NCBI GenBank assembly: GCA_964016885.1
Contig: OZ024740.1
Coordinates: 243,350,001 to 243,414,000, forward strand
DNA from: Eledone cirrhosa
Taxonomy: Eukaryota
DNA: 64,000 bases
Reading direction: 5' to 3'
The position numbers were made by a program, and so were the translations under genes. Of this stretch, positions 24,361 through 38,473 are shown in pieces. Within the stretch, counting starts at the first letter, position 1. Every line of letters begins with the position of its first letter. Under the pieces are notes generated by a model. It searched no databases, was not told the origin of the DNA, and worked only from the letters and a program-made list of their open reading frames with translations.

Positions 24361-24597
24361 TGTTACACGTTCATACCTATGTGTATCCGTAGATATACAT
24401 AACAATGAATACATCCCTACTTTTAGTACTATTTTGTTAAGCGCATCTAGTAAACAGTAGGAACTGTGTCTAAGGCGGATACGCACACTATGTATCAATC
24501 CGCTAAAAACATGCCAAGTAAATAAACACGTAGAATCATGCCAACGCCTCCAGTGAGTTGTTTATTATCCCAGCACGAACCACAAGAATACACAACA
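24361..24597 (+). repeat. 3' LTR (237 bp)
   Basis: Direct repeat of 19751-19988, preceded by the PPT and followed by the TSD. Confidence 0.95.
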
Positions 24598-24645
24598 CAT
24601 ATACTGTACCGATTGCGTTGTTATTTTTGTTTACCTTTTACATAC

Positions 24646-25880
<1,235 letters not shown>

Positions 25881-25895
25881 TATATATATATATAT

Positions 25896-26475
25896 ATAAA
25901 CGGAAAAAATGAAACCAAATTTCATTTCTCACTCTTAGTACGGCTGTTACTTAAATATAAGTATGCATACGTACATACATATAAGTATATAGACGTACAG
26001 TAGTATGTATATATATATACATACACACATATATATATATTCACCGAATATTTATTATAATGCTCGGTGTGTTTGTAAACAAACATCCCGAATTAAGCCG
26101 TACAGTGTCTAGCAACCATCGTTGATCATTTGTTCAACACTGACAAATGAACGCTGTACTAGTTTCAAGCTTATTAGCTATCGTCAGCAACGTATACCTT
26201 CCTGCCAGATAGTTGAACGTCTGAAAGTATATACTTTCCTTATGCATATTAACGGCTGAGCAGCCTAATTTGCATATCGAGTGAGTTAATCGGCCGGGGT
26301 ACCGAAAACGATAAACAGAAAAAAATGAAACGAAATTTCATTTCTCACTCTTAGTACGGCTGTTACTTAGATATAAGTATGTATACGTACATACATATAT
26401 GTATACAGACGTACAGTAGTATGGATATATATATATATATATATGTACGTATGGATTCACCGAACATTTATTATA
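25896..26475. repeat. ~165-bp direct repeats (25896-26059, 26311-26475) flanking a ~250-bp unique segment
   Basis: ataaac.gaaaaaatgaaac.aaatttcatttctcactcttagtacggctgttactta...tcaccgaa.atttattata is present twice. Confidence 0.85.
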
Positions 26476-27669
26476 CATACTTATACTTTATAATATATAT
26501 ACTCATACTTTATAATATATATATATATATATTATAAAGAGTTATATCTATATAATACAGTTAAGTTTGTGTTAATATATTTAAAAGAGTCCTCGAACTG
26601 CTACCAGCCACATCTCCCTGAAATCCCATCTTAATGCCCGATATAATGATAGGATGCATTAGATCATGAAGTCGTATATAGACATAAAAGGATGCGGGTG
26701 GTGGCATAGGTGGAACATCTTTGATCATAGACCTGCGCCATTGAAGCTGTACTGAGGCCAAACCAACAATGTTCGTTTTAAACTTTCTATTGTTACTGTC
26801 ACCTAAAAAATTTTAGGTTTATTCTCAGTTATCTCCCTTCAGCCATTAGTTATTCGACTCAATAAGTATTGGAGTTGATCATATCTACATAAGTACATTT
26901 TCCTGTCTGGTGCTTACTTTATTTATCTCTATTTATCGAACCATTAAGCTACGCTTTGGCATAAAGGAATGCAACGCTATTTTACATCTCTGTGAATACA
27001 TGTGTTTATTTACACATATTTTGAAAGAGGCTATGTAGCCGTTTCTGGTAATGTAGACTCCCAGCTGGTAAGATTGTCAGACACAATGAGTTGCGGCCAG
27101 AGTTAAGACAGTTGTTAAGACAATTTGAAAACTTTTCCACCATCAATTGTAAAAAAAAAACAAGTTTAAATCATTTTGTCATCATCTTATAATTCTGCTT
27201 GTGTTTTTGTACATTCGTAACGTACGTTACGCTTTAGTTACATACACACATATTTACTGAGTTCCATGGCTTAAGAATTTTAGCAGAAAGTCACGACCTG
27301 GGTTAAAGATAGTAGTCACTACCTGGGTTACGGCCCTTTACAGTCTGAGTTCAAATCCCGCCGAGGTTAACTTTGCCTTTCATCCCTACAGGGTCGATAA
27401 AATAAATTACTAATAATGCATTGGGATAATTGCTGGCCTTGTGCCAAAAGTAGAAACAATTATTTATTATTTAGTGATAAAATAAGCTTCTGGGACTCTG
27501 GCTAGAGTTACGTCCCTTCAGTGTTTACCGGTAAAATAAGCTCAAAAAGCATGTTTGTCTATTTTGCCGGGGCCGTCTACAGAGCTTATACCACATATTA
27601 TAACACTTTTCTAAAAATTGCCATTACACTCCCTGCTATCTTCCTCACTTCCTTCCTTCCCTCTGCCTC

Positions 27670-30600
27670 TATATATATACAAACATACATTTTATATATA
27701 TATACACAAACATACATTTTATATATTTATACACAAACATACATTTTATATATTTATACACAAGCATACATTTTATATATATATATACACAAACATACAT
27801 TTTATATATATATATACAAACATACATTTTATATATTTATACACAAACATACATTTTATATATATATATACAAACATACGTTTTATATATTTATACACAA
27901 ACATACATTTTATATCTATACACAAACATACATTTTATATATTTATACACAAACGTACATTTTATATATTTATACACAAACATACATTTTATATATTTAT
28001 ACACAAACATACATTTTATTTATTTATACACAAACATACATTTTATATATTTATACACAAACATACATTTTATATATTTATACACAAACGTACATTTTAT
28101 ATATTTATACACAAACATACATTTTATATATTTATACACAAACATACATTTTATATATTTATACACAAACATACATTTTATATATTTATACACAAATATA
28201 CATTTTATATATATATACACAAATATACATTTTATATATATATACACAAACATACATTTTAATTATATATACAAACATACATTTTAATTATATATACAAA
28301 CATACATTTTATATATTTATACACAAACATACATTTTATATATTTATACACAAACATACATTTTATATATTTATACACAAACATACATTTTATATATTTA
28401 TACACAAACATATATTTTATATATTTATACACAAACATATATTTTATATATTTATACACAAACATACATTTTATATATATTTATACACAAACATACATTT
28501 TATATATATATACACAAACATACATTTTATATATATATACAAACATACATTTTATATATTTATACACAAATATACATTTTATATATTTATACACAAACAT
28601 ACATTTTATATATTCATACACAAACATATATTTTATATATTTATACACAAACATACATTTTATATATATTTATACGCAAACATACATTTTATATATTTAT
28701 ACACAAACATATATTTTATATATTTATACACAAACATACATTTTATATATATTTATACACAAACATACATTTTATATATTTATACACAAACATACATTTT
28801 ATATATTTATACACAAACATACATTTTATATATTTATACACAAACATACATTTTATATATATATACACAAACATACATTTTATATATATATACAAACATA
28901 CATTTTATATATTTATACACAAACATACATTTTATATATTTATACACAAACATACATTTTATATATTTATACACAAACATACATTTTATATATTTATACA
29001 CAAACATACATTTTATATATTTATACACAAACATATATTTTATATATGTATACACAAACATACATTTTATATATATTTATACACAAACATACATTTTATA
29101 TATATATACACAAACATACATTTTATATATATATATACAAACATACATTTTATATATTTATACACAAATATACATTTTATATATTTATACACAAACATAC
29201 ATTTTATATATTTATACACAAACATATATTTTATATATTTATACACAAACATACATTTTATATATATTTATACACAAACATACATTTTATATATATATAC
29301 ACAAACATACATTTTATATATATATACAAACATACATTTTATATATTTATAAACAAATATACATTTTATATATTTATACACAAACATACATTTTATATAT
29401 TTATGCACAAACATACATTTTATATATTTATACACAAACATACATGTTATATATTTATACACAAACATACATTTTATATATTTATACACAAACATACATT
29501 TTATATATTTATATACAAACATACATTTTATATATTTATACACAAACATACATTTTATATATATATATACACACAAACATACATTTTATATATATATACA
29601 AACATACATTTTATATATTTATACACAAACATACATTTTATATATTTATACACAAACATACATTTTATATATTTATACACAAACATACATTTTATATATT
29701 TATACACAAACATACATTTTATATATTTATACACAAACATACATTTTATATATTTATACACAAGCATACATTTTATATATTTATACACAAACATACATTT
29801 TATATATATATATACAAACATACATTTTATATATTTATACACAAACATACATTTTATATGTTTATACACAAACATACATTTTATATATTTATACACAAAC
29901 ATACATTTTATATATTTATACACAAACATACCTTTTATATATTTATACACAAACATACATTTTATATATTTATACACAAACATACATTTTATATATTTAT
30001 ACACAAACATACATTTTATATATATATACAAATATACATTTTATATATTTATACACAAACATACATTTTATATATTTATACACAGACATACATTTTATAT
30101 ATTTATACACAAGCATACATTTTATATATTTATACACAAACATACATTTTATATATTTATACACAAACATACATTTTATATATTTATACACAAACATACA
30201 TTTTATATATTTATAAAGAAACATACATTTTATCTATATATACAAACATACATTTTATATGTTTATACACAAACATACATTTTATATATTTATACACAAA
30301 CATACATTTTATATATTTATACACAAACATACATTTTATATATTTATACACAAACATACATTTTATATATTTATACACAATCATACATTTTATATATGTA
30401 TACACAAACATACATTTTATATATTTATACACAAACATACATTTTATATATTTATACACAAACATACATTTTATATATTTATACACAAACATACATTTTA
30501 TATATTTATACACAAACATACATTTTATATATTTATACACAAACATACATTTTATATATTTATACACAAACATACATTTAATATATTTATATCCAAACAT

Positions 30601-32968
30601 ACATTTTATATATTTATACACAAACATACATTTTATATATTTATACACAAACATACATTTTATATATTTATACACAAACATACATTTTATATATATATAT
30701 ACAAACATACATTTTATATATTTATACACAAACATACATTTTATATATATATACACAAACATACATTTTATATATTTATACACAAACATACATTTTATAT
30801 ATATATACACAAACATACATTTTATATATATATACAAACATACATTTTATATATATATATACAAACATACATTTTATATATATATATACAAACATACATT
30901 TTATATATTTATACACAAACATACATTTCATATATTTATACACAAACATACATTTTATATATTTATACACAAACATACATTTTATATATTTATACACAAA
31001 CATACATTTTATATATTTATACACAAACATACATTTTATATATATATACAAACATACATTTTATATATTTATACACAAATATACATTTTATATATTTATA
31101 CACAAACATACATTTTATATATTTATACACAAACATATATTTTATATATTTATACACAAACATACATTTTATATATATTTATACACAAACATACATTTTA
31201 TATATATATACACAAACATACATTTTATATATATATACAAACATACATTTTATATATTTATACACAAATATACATTTTATATATTTATACACAAACATAC
31301 ATTTTATATATTTATACACAAACATACATTTTATATATTTATACACAAACATACATTTTATATATTTATACACAAACATACATTTTATATATTTATACAC
31401 AAACATACATTTTATATATTTATACACAAACATACATTTTATATATTTATATACAAACATACATTTTATATATTTATATACAAACATACATTTTATATAT
31501 TTATACACAAACATACATTTTATATATATATACACAAATATACATTTTATATATATATACAAACATACATTTTATATATTTATACACAAACATACATTTT
31601 ATATATTTATACACAAACATACATTTTATATATTTATACACAAACATACATTTTATATATTTATACACAAGCATACATTTTATATATTTATACACAAACA
31701 TACATTTTATATATATATACAAACATACATTTTATATATTTATACACAAACATACATTTTATATATTTATACACAAACATACATTTTATATATTTATACA
31801 CAAAGATACATTTTATATATTTATACACAAGCATACATTTTATATATTTATACACAAACATACATTTTATATATATATACAAACATACATTTTATATATT
31901 TATACACAAACATACATTTTATATATTTATACACAAACATACATTTTATATATATATACAAATATACATTTTATATATATATACAAATATACATTTTATA
32001 TATTTATACACAAACATACATTTTATATATTTATACACAAACATACATTTTATATATTTATACACAAGCATACATTTTATATATTTATACACAAACATAC
32101 ATTTAATATATTTATACACAAACATACATTTTATATATTTATACACAAACATACATTTTATATATTTATACACAAACATACATTTTATATATTTATAAAG
32201 AAACATACATTTTATATATATATACAAACATACATTTTATATATTTATACACAAACATACATTTTATATATTTATACACAAACATACATTTTATATATTT
32301 ATACACAAACATACATTTTATATATTTATACACAAACATACATTTTATATATTTATAAAGAAACATACATTTTATATATATATACAAACATACATTTTAT
32401 ATATTTATACACAAACATACATTTTATATATTTATACACAAACATACATTTTATATATTTATACACAAACATACATTTTATATATTTATACACAAACATA
32501 CATTTCATATATTTATACACAAACATACATTTTATATATTTATACACAAACATACATTTTATATATTTATACACAAACATACATTTTATATATTTATTCA
32601 CAAACATACATTTTATATATTTATACACAAGCATACATTTTATATATTTATACACAAACATACATTTTATATATTTATACACAAACATACATTTTATATA
32701 TTTATACACAAACATACATTTTATATATTTATACACAAACATACATTTTATATATTTATACACAAACATACATTTTATATATTTATACACAAACATACAT
32801 TTTATATATTTATTCACAAACATACATTTTATATATTTATTCACAAACATACATTTTATATATATATACACAAACATACATTTTATATATTTATACACAA
32901 ACATACATTTTATATATTTATACACAAACATACATTTTATATAATTATACACAAACATACATTTTATA
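27670..32968. repeat. ~5.3-kb minisatellite, consensus 27-bp unit ACACAAACATACATTTTATATATTTAT (~195 units; 25- and 29-bp variants)
   Basis: Directly visible; gives 9-aa periodicity in the translations (YTQTYILYI / KHTFYIFIH / TNIHFIYLY). Confidence 0.98.
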
Positions 32969-33044
32969 AATTTCTTATTAGTTTTGATCTAGGTCTTTGG
33001 AGATCGTCTGAGACTACAGATACACAAGCATGCACATATGGGAA

Positions 33045-33360
33045 GGCACTCTATCGGTTACGATGACAAGTGTTCCGGTTGATCTGATCAACAGAACAAC
33101 CTGCTCGGGAAATTAACGTGCAAGTCGCTGAGCATTTCACAGACACGTGTACCCTTAACGTAGTTCTCAGGGAGATTCAGCATGACGCAGACAGTGACAA
33201 GGCTGACCTTTCGAACTATAGGCAGAACTCATTTCTGCCAGCTGAGTGGACTGGAGCAACGTGAAATAAAGTGTCTTGCTCAAGGACACAACACGCTGCT
33301 TTGAATTGAACTCACGACCTGAGGATTGTGAGTTGAATACCTTAACCACAAAGCCATGCA
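33045..33360 (-). mobile_element. tRNA-derived SINE (family C)
   Basis: Minus strand: GGCTTTGTGGTTAAGGTATTC...GTGAGTTCAATTC...GTGTCCTTGAGCAAGACACTTTATTTCAC...; the head is similar to 40093-40215. Confidence 0.75.
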
Positions 33361-33830
33361 CCTTCACATATACACACTCATAAACATACACATACACAAA
33401 TTCATGCATACACATATAAACATATACATATACACATGCATACCCATTTACACACATATGCATACACATACACAAACTAATGCATACACATATAAACATA
33501 TACATATACACATGCATACACATTTACACACATACACACACATGCATACACACACATATATACACATTCATACACATATACATACACGTTCACAGACATA
33601 CACATACACATATCTATCTACACCCATACAAATACATATACATACAAATACATATGCATACACATGCATATGTCCATACACATATACACACCCATACACA
33701 TACAGATACACCCACATACACACTGATAGGTATACTCACATATACTCATATTGCATATAGACATTACACGTATACCCATATACACACATATACATATATA
33801 GATAGATACATGATCACAAACATACACATT
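33360..33830. repeat. Degenerate (CA/TA) low-complexity tract
   Basis: Mixed CACA/CATA/TATA units. Confidence 0.9.
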
Positions 33831-34032
33831 TTTATTGTCTTATTAGTTTGGTCTGGAAAAGTGATGATGATGTGGATGATGGTGATGATGATGACAACAT
33901 TTTTGTACAAGACTTCTGCAACACGTGCAACACGTACAACATATACACATATGTGCATTCATACACAATAATGCATACACAAACACACTCATACATAAAC
34001 CAACACACATATACAAGTATATATATATATAT

Positions 34033-34197
34033 ATAGGAAAAAGTAGAACCCCGACGGCTGAGCTCAAGCCGTTTCGAAACGGCTTGAGCTCAGCCGTCGG
34101 GGTCCTACTTTTTCCTATTACCCACTCTACTACCCTAAGTATTGAGTACTTTGGTGCGTTATGGTCCACCTGGTTCCTTACCACATTTCCTTTGTTA
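34033..34197 (+). mobile_element. Penelope-like remnant: 86-bp palindrome (34033-34118) containing a half hammerhead, plus an unpaired tail
   Basis: 43-bp arms with 1 mismatch, centre TTTC|GAAA. The right arm reads GAAAC-GGCTTGAGCTCAGCC-GTC-GGGG. Embedded in (TA)n. Confidence 0.7.
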
Positions 34198-34224
34198 TAT
34201 ATATATATATCACCTTGATCACCT

Positions 34225-34670
34225 TGACTGACCAGTCTGTCGGGCGTCCATTCGGCGCCGCTGGTCACAGCACGCTGTCCATTCCTCTCTGGATCGTGCT
34301 TTCCTCATCCATGTAGTCCCAATCGTATTCTTAAAATCGTAACTCCACCCTCGTGGAGACCTTCCGAGTGGTCGTTTCCGCTCGCACGGGTACCACTCGG
34401 CAACTGCACGGGTCCACCGATTATCGGTGAACCAGGCGACGTGTCCAGCCCATCTGAACTTGCTGCGCATATATTCCGTGATGACGTCCCTCACGCCGGA
34501 CTTCTGTCTGATGACTTCGCTCCTGATGTGCTCTCTTAACGAGATTCCTCTTCAATAGCACAGTTTTACCTGCAATGTTATATGGCAGTGAAACTTGGGC
34601 TACAACAAAGAGAGAAGAGCAGAGGCTGGTAACGGCTCAAAGTGTCATGGAGAGATCAATGTTAGGAATA
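34225..34670 (-). mobile_element. RTE-clade LINE 3' fragment with inverted 5' segment (34548-34670 on plus strand)
   Basis: Minus: GISLREHIRSEVIRQKSGVRDVI...KFRWAGHVA...KRPLGRSP. Plus: LFNSTVLPAMLYGSETWATTKREEQRLVTAQSVMERSMLGI. Confidence 0.85.
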
Positions 34671-34690
34671 TATATATATATATATATATA

Positions 34691-35668
34691 TCAACTAGAA
34701 ATAGGTTGACATATATATATATAAAATAAACATATGAAACAATCACAGGGAATAATTTGTAAAGTGTGTAAGCACACATAGCTAGGTAGGTAACTAATTA
34801 AAGTTTAATTAGAACTTCAAATATAGATACCTTTTAAAATGATTAATCTCCTTTAAATAAAAAATATATTTCACCAAGTAATATAAAGTTGATATAAAAT
34901 GCTCGGATCTATTCATTAGAATCTTTGAGCTTATTCTGCAGTGGATATGGCGCATGTCTCTCAGACATGACACCCTTAATTTAATTTTGGATATATATAC
35001 GGCCCCTTAATTGTAGAGCTGTTTCAGTTGAATATGGACTCGGCTGCTATTTCTAGCTGTCGATGGTCCTATTCACGCCACTGGGATGACGTTGTGCGAT
35101 GTGTGTATTTTTTTAAAAAATGCAACACGTGGTTCGAGTCATTCACAGATTTGCATTTGCTGTGTAAACACAGATAGTTGGATCTTCTCCTTTGGTGACC
35201 ATCCGGGATTTGACTGCTGTGATTTACCGATTAATTGGTGAAATATATTTTTTTATTTAAAGAAATATATACAAAGGAGATTAATCATTTTAAAAGGTAT
35301 CTATATTTGAAGTTCTAATTAAACTTTAATTGGTTACCTACCTAGCTATGTGTGCTTATACTCTTTACAAATTATCCCCTGTGATTGTTTCATATGTTTA
35401 TCTTATATACATATATATGTCAATCGATTTCTAGTTGATATAAATATATATATATGAAAATATTCAGGACTCCAAGGGCTGAGTTCCGGTCATTTCGACA
35501 AATTATTCCCTGTGATTGTTTCATATGTTTATTTTATATATATATGTCAATCTATTTCTAGTTGATATGAAATGCTCGGATCTATTCATTGGAATCTTTG
35601 AGCTTATTCTGCAGTGGATATGGCGCATGTCTCTCAGACATGACACAATTTAATTTTGGATATATATA
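34691..35668. repeat. Complex inverted/direct repeat cluster, probably Penelope-like pLTRs
   Basis: 34691-34877 is inverted relative to 35235-35440. 35498-35568 repeats 35368-35440, and the tail 34888-34995 repeats at 35562-35665. Confidence 0.75.
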
Positions 35669-36976
35669 TGCTAGCGTGGAAGATGGACGTTAAACGATGA
35701 TGATGATGATGATGATGATATATATATGTGTGTGTGTGTATGTACATACACATTCACACACAAACATGCCCACACACACAAACAAAGAAATATGTGTTGC
35801 TGTCAAGGATGTTTCCTAGGTTTCTAAAACTCTGGGGTCATTTGCTAGACTCATTCCCTAGGGGTTAGAGAGTTAGGTTCATGATTACATGATTATGGGT
35901 CTGATTTCCAGACTGGGTGACACTTCATTTCTCATGGCTCCAGTTCACTCAGCTGAACATGAGTACCAGCAGCCCCTGGGGTTTAACCCTGCAATAAACT
36001 AGTCTCCCTTACAGAGGGAAGTCTTGTATTATTAGATAATTAATACCTATGAAACTGGGATTTATTCATCACACATTTGATCCCTTTGATTGATAAGATG
36101 GAAGACAAACTTTGACGGCTGAGACCATAAAGAGTTATATTGTGTGAGGTGTGGTAGATTGAACTGATCTCTGTACTTGACAGATGCTTTATTTTATGAA
36201 AAAAAAAAAAGTGAATTGGTGGACTTATTCAAGCATTTTGGTATTTGTTCTGGCTCTTTGCATTTAATATCAAATCCCAATGAGGATTTGACTTTAAATA
36301 CAGAGAAATTTTGTCATTTATTTATAAATACATAAAATACCAGTCCAAGGTAATTGATTTGCAGGATTGTTAGAGTATCAGATGAGATGCCTTGCAGTAT
36401 TTATTCCAGTATTTTACATTCTGAGATCAATTCAACACCACTACCTGGTCATCAGTGCCTTTAGCAATGGCCACTTAGTTGTAAGCATTCAGACCAGCTC
36501 CTTGATTTGAAGATACCCCTCTCATTTCTGTCCTCTCACCAGAGACACTGATAGGGGTTATGAACACTGCCCTTCCTTTACCGACTAAGCAATTAAAAAA
36601 ATAGCTATTGATTGACAGACAAGGAATAGTCTACAAAAAAGTGACATAGTGGAATTAAGTGTCTTGCTTAAGATCACAGTTTACCAGTAATTCCCAGTCA
36701 ATTGGTTAATTGATCACCACCAGATCATCCAGTCAGGAATTTTATGGGTTCTTTGACCTATGAAATATAGCTACAGATGTATTATATGATACTAAATATC
36801 ATAGACAAATATCAAAAGATATTACAACAGCCATGTTATCGGAATGGACCACTGGGATTTGGCAGATAATATCTTTCTTTGACCTTCTCCATATTTCGGT
36901 CAACAGTGATGTCCTATGTGGAGGAGGGGATAGTCAGTTGGGACAAAATCCATTCTTTAGAGAAACACACACATAT

Positions 36977-37004
<28 letters not shown>

Positions 37005-37011
<7 letters not shown>

Positions 37012-37201
37012 TGCAATAAACAACATAAGGCAATTATTCTATTTACCAGTGGTCTCTTAAAAGCAAAAGATTTTGCTTTCAATCCTCAGAATGAAAAAAT
37101 CCAGGATTTTTTCATTCTGAGGATTGAAAGCAAAATCTTTTGCTTTTAAGAAACCACTAGTAAATGGAATAATTGCCTTATGTTGTTTATTGCATAACTA
37201 T
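37005..37201. repeat. 197-bp near-perfect palindrome (98-bp arms, 1-nt loop, 3 mismatches)
   Basis: Centre ...GAAAAAATCC-A-GGATTTTTTC... at 37103; starts at a (TA)n tract and is followed by an unpaired tail (37202-37265). Confidence 0.95.
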
Positions 37202-37269
37202 TAAGCTCTGTTACCTACATAGAGCACTCTTTTTTCCTGGACTTTTCCAACGGAATTACTTCATTCATT

Positions 37270-37321
<52 letters not shown>

Positions 37322-37754
37322 ACATGCTTGAAAATATGCTTACATCTCCAATTGTATAGATTGTTCTAGAATCTAACTAACTTTTCTCTCTCAGAATTTT
37401 GTTCTGTCAATATTTTTTTGTTATTATTTATTATCTCTCACACATTTGGAAATATGCTTACATCTCCAAAAGTTACCCATTTCCCTCCTACCCACTCCTA
37501 CTCACCACCATAGTTAATTGGTTCAATCAAAACTCAGCGAATTATAGTAAGGTTTCTAACCCAAATCTCTATCGCAAAGCCACTACTCCTTAAGCTTAGA
37601 CCTGCTTGTTGTTTGGTATGATAAATGGACTACAGAGATGGAGAGTCTGAGCACTCACAATGACAAAAATAAATTCACCTTCTGTCTCCAGACGAGCATA
37701 CAAGCACTCCTCTTTATTTCAGACATGAAAGACCGAGACCAACATAAAATCCGT

Positions 37755-38238
37755 CTCTCACACCCCTTCCTATCTTCAAAAGGACCACACTATCAATGGG
37801 GAGTACTATGCCAACTTGCTGCCACAGTTACAAAAGGCTATCAAGACCAAACATCCAGGAAAACTGATGAAAGGGGGTCTTGTTTCATCAGGACAATGCT
37901 CCAGCACACAAGTCCTTGGTTTCAATGGCTGCTGTGCGTGACTGTGGCTTTGAACTGGTTAATCAACCTCCCTATTCTCCCGATTTGGCTCCATCTAACT
38001 ACCATCTGTTCCCCAACACGAAAAAAATCTTGGCTGGGAACCAGTATTGCAGTGATGATGACATCATATCAGCTGTTTTTAACATGTGAAAGCTTCTTCA
38101 TCAATGGAATCCAAATACTGCAACACCGATAGAAGAAGTGTCTGGATCACAAGGGGGACTATGTTGAAAAATAAATCTCATTTGGTCACATTCCAAGAGA
38201 GTATCTTGGTCAACATATTAACTTTTCAGCCGACCCTC
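37755..38238 (+). mobile_element. Mariner transposase 3' fragment with right TIR
   Basis: FHQDNAPAHKSLVSMAAVRDCGFELVNQPPYSPDLAPSNYHLFP; ends AACTTTTCAGCCGACCCTC, the TIR shared with the 43275 MITE. Confidence 0.88.
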
Positions 38239-38473
38239 AAACTTTGCCAAGTATTAAGTATTTAGGTGAATATGATCTTACTAGTCTAACTGGTAACTCC
38301 ACTCCCAATCTATCTCTCTCTCTCTCTCTCTCTCTAGAGAGAGATATATACCCATGCTAGCGTGGAAGAACAGACATAAAACGGTGATGATGATGATATA
38401 TATATATATATATATATTTCGTTTCTGAATTTGTTTAGCAAGATTCTTTATCTGAAATCGTGTGTTGAAACCA

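Larger units (their letters stand above)
19751..24597 (+). mobile_element. Full-length Ty3/Gypsy LTR retrotransposon
   Basis: LTRs 19751-19988 and 24361-24597 (TG...CA); TSD CATAT (19746-19750 / 24598-24602); PBS TGGTGGCAGCG (19989-19999); PPT AAGAAGAAGGGA (24349-24360); domain order PR-RT-RH-IN. Confidence 0.97.

Noticed and set aside
27521-32944. 1807-aa ORF and the many overlapping ORFs on both strands
   Set aside because: Translation of a 27-bp minisatellite that lacks stop codons; it starts at GTG, has no domain content, and all frames are similarly open.
27670-32968. Possible CRISPR-like array
   Set aside because: Units are head-to-tail with no unique spacers; there are no cas genes and the context is eukaryotic.
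33167-33971. His/Thr/Tyr-rich ORFs (also 24538-24942, 39907-40159, 44007-44398, 45178-45800)
   Set aside because: Translations of (CA)/(TA)/(TATG) microsatellites.
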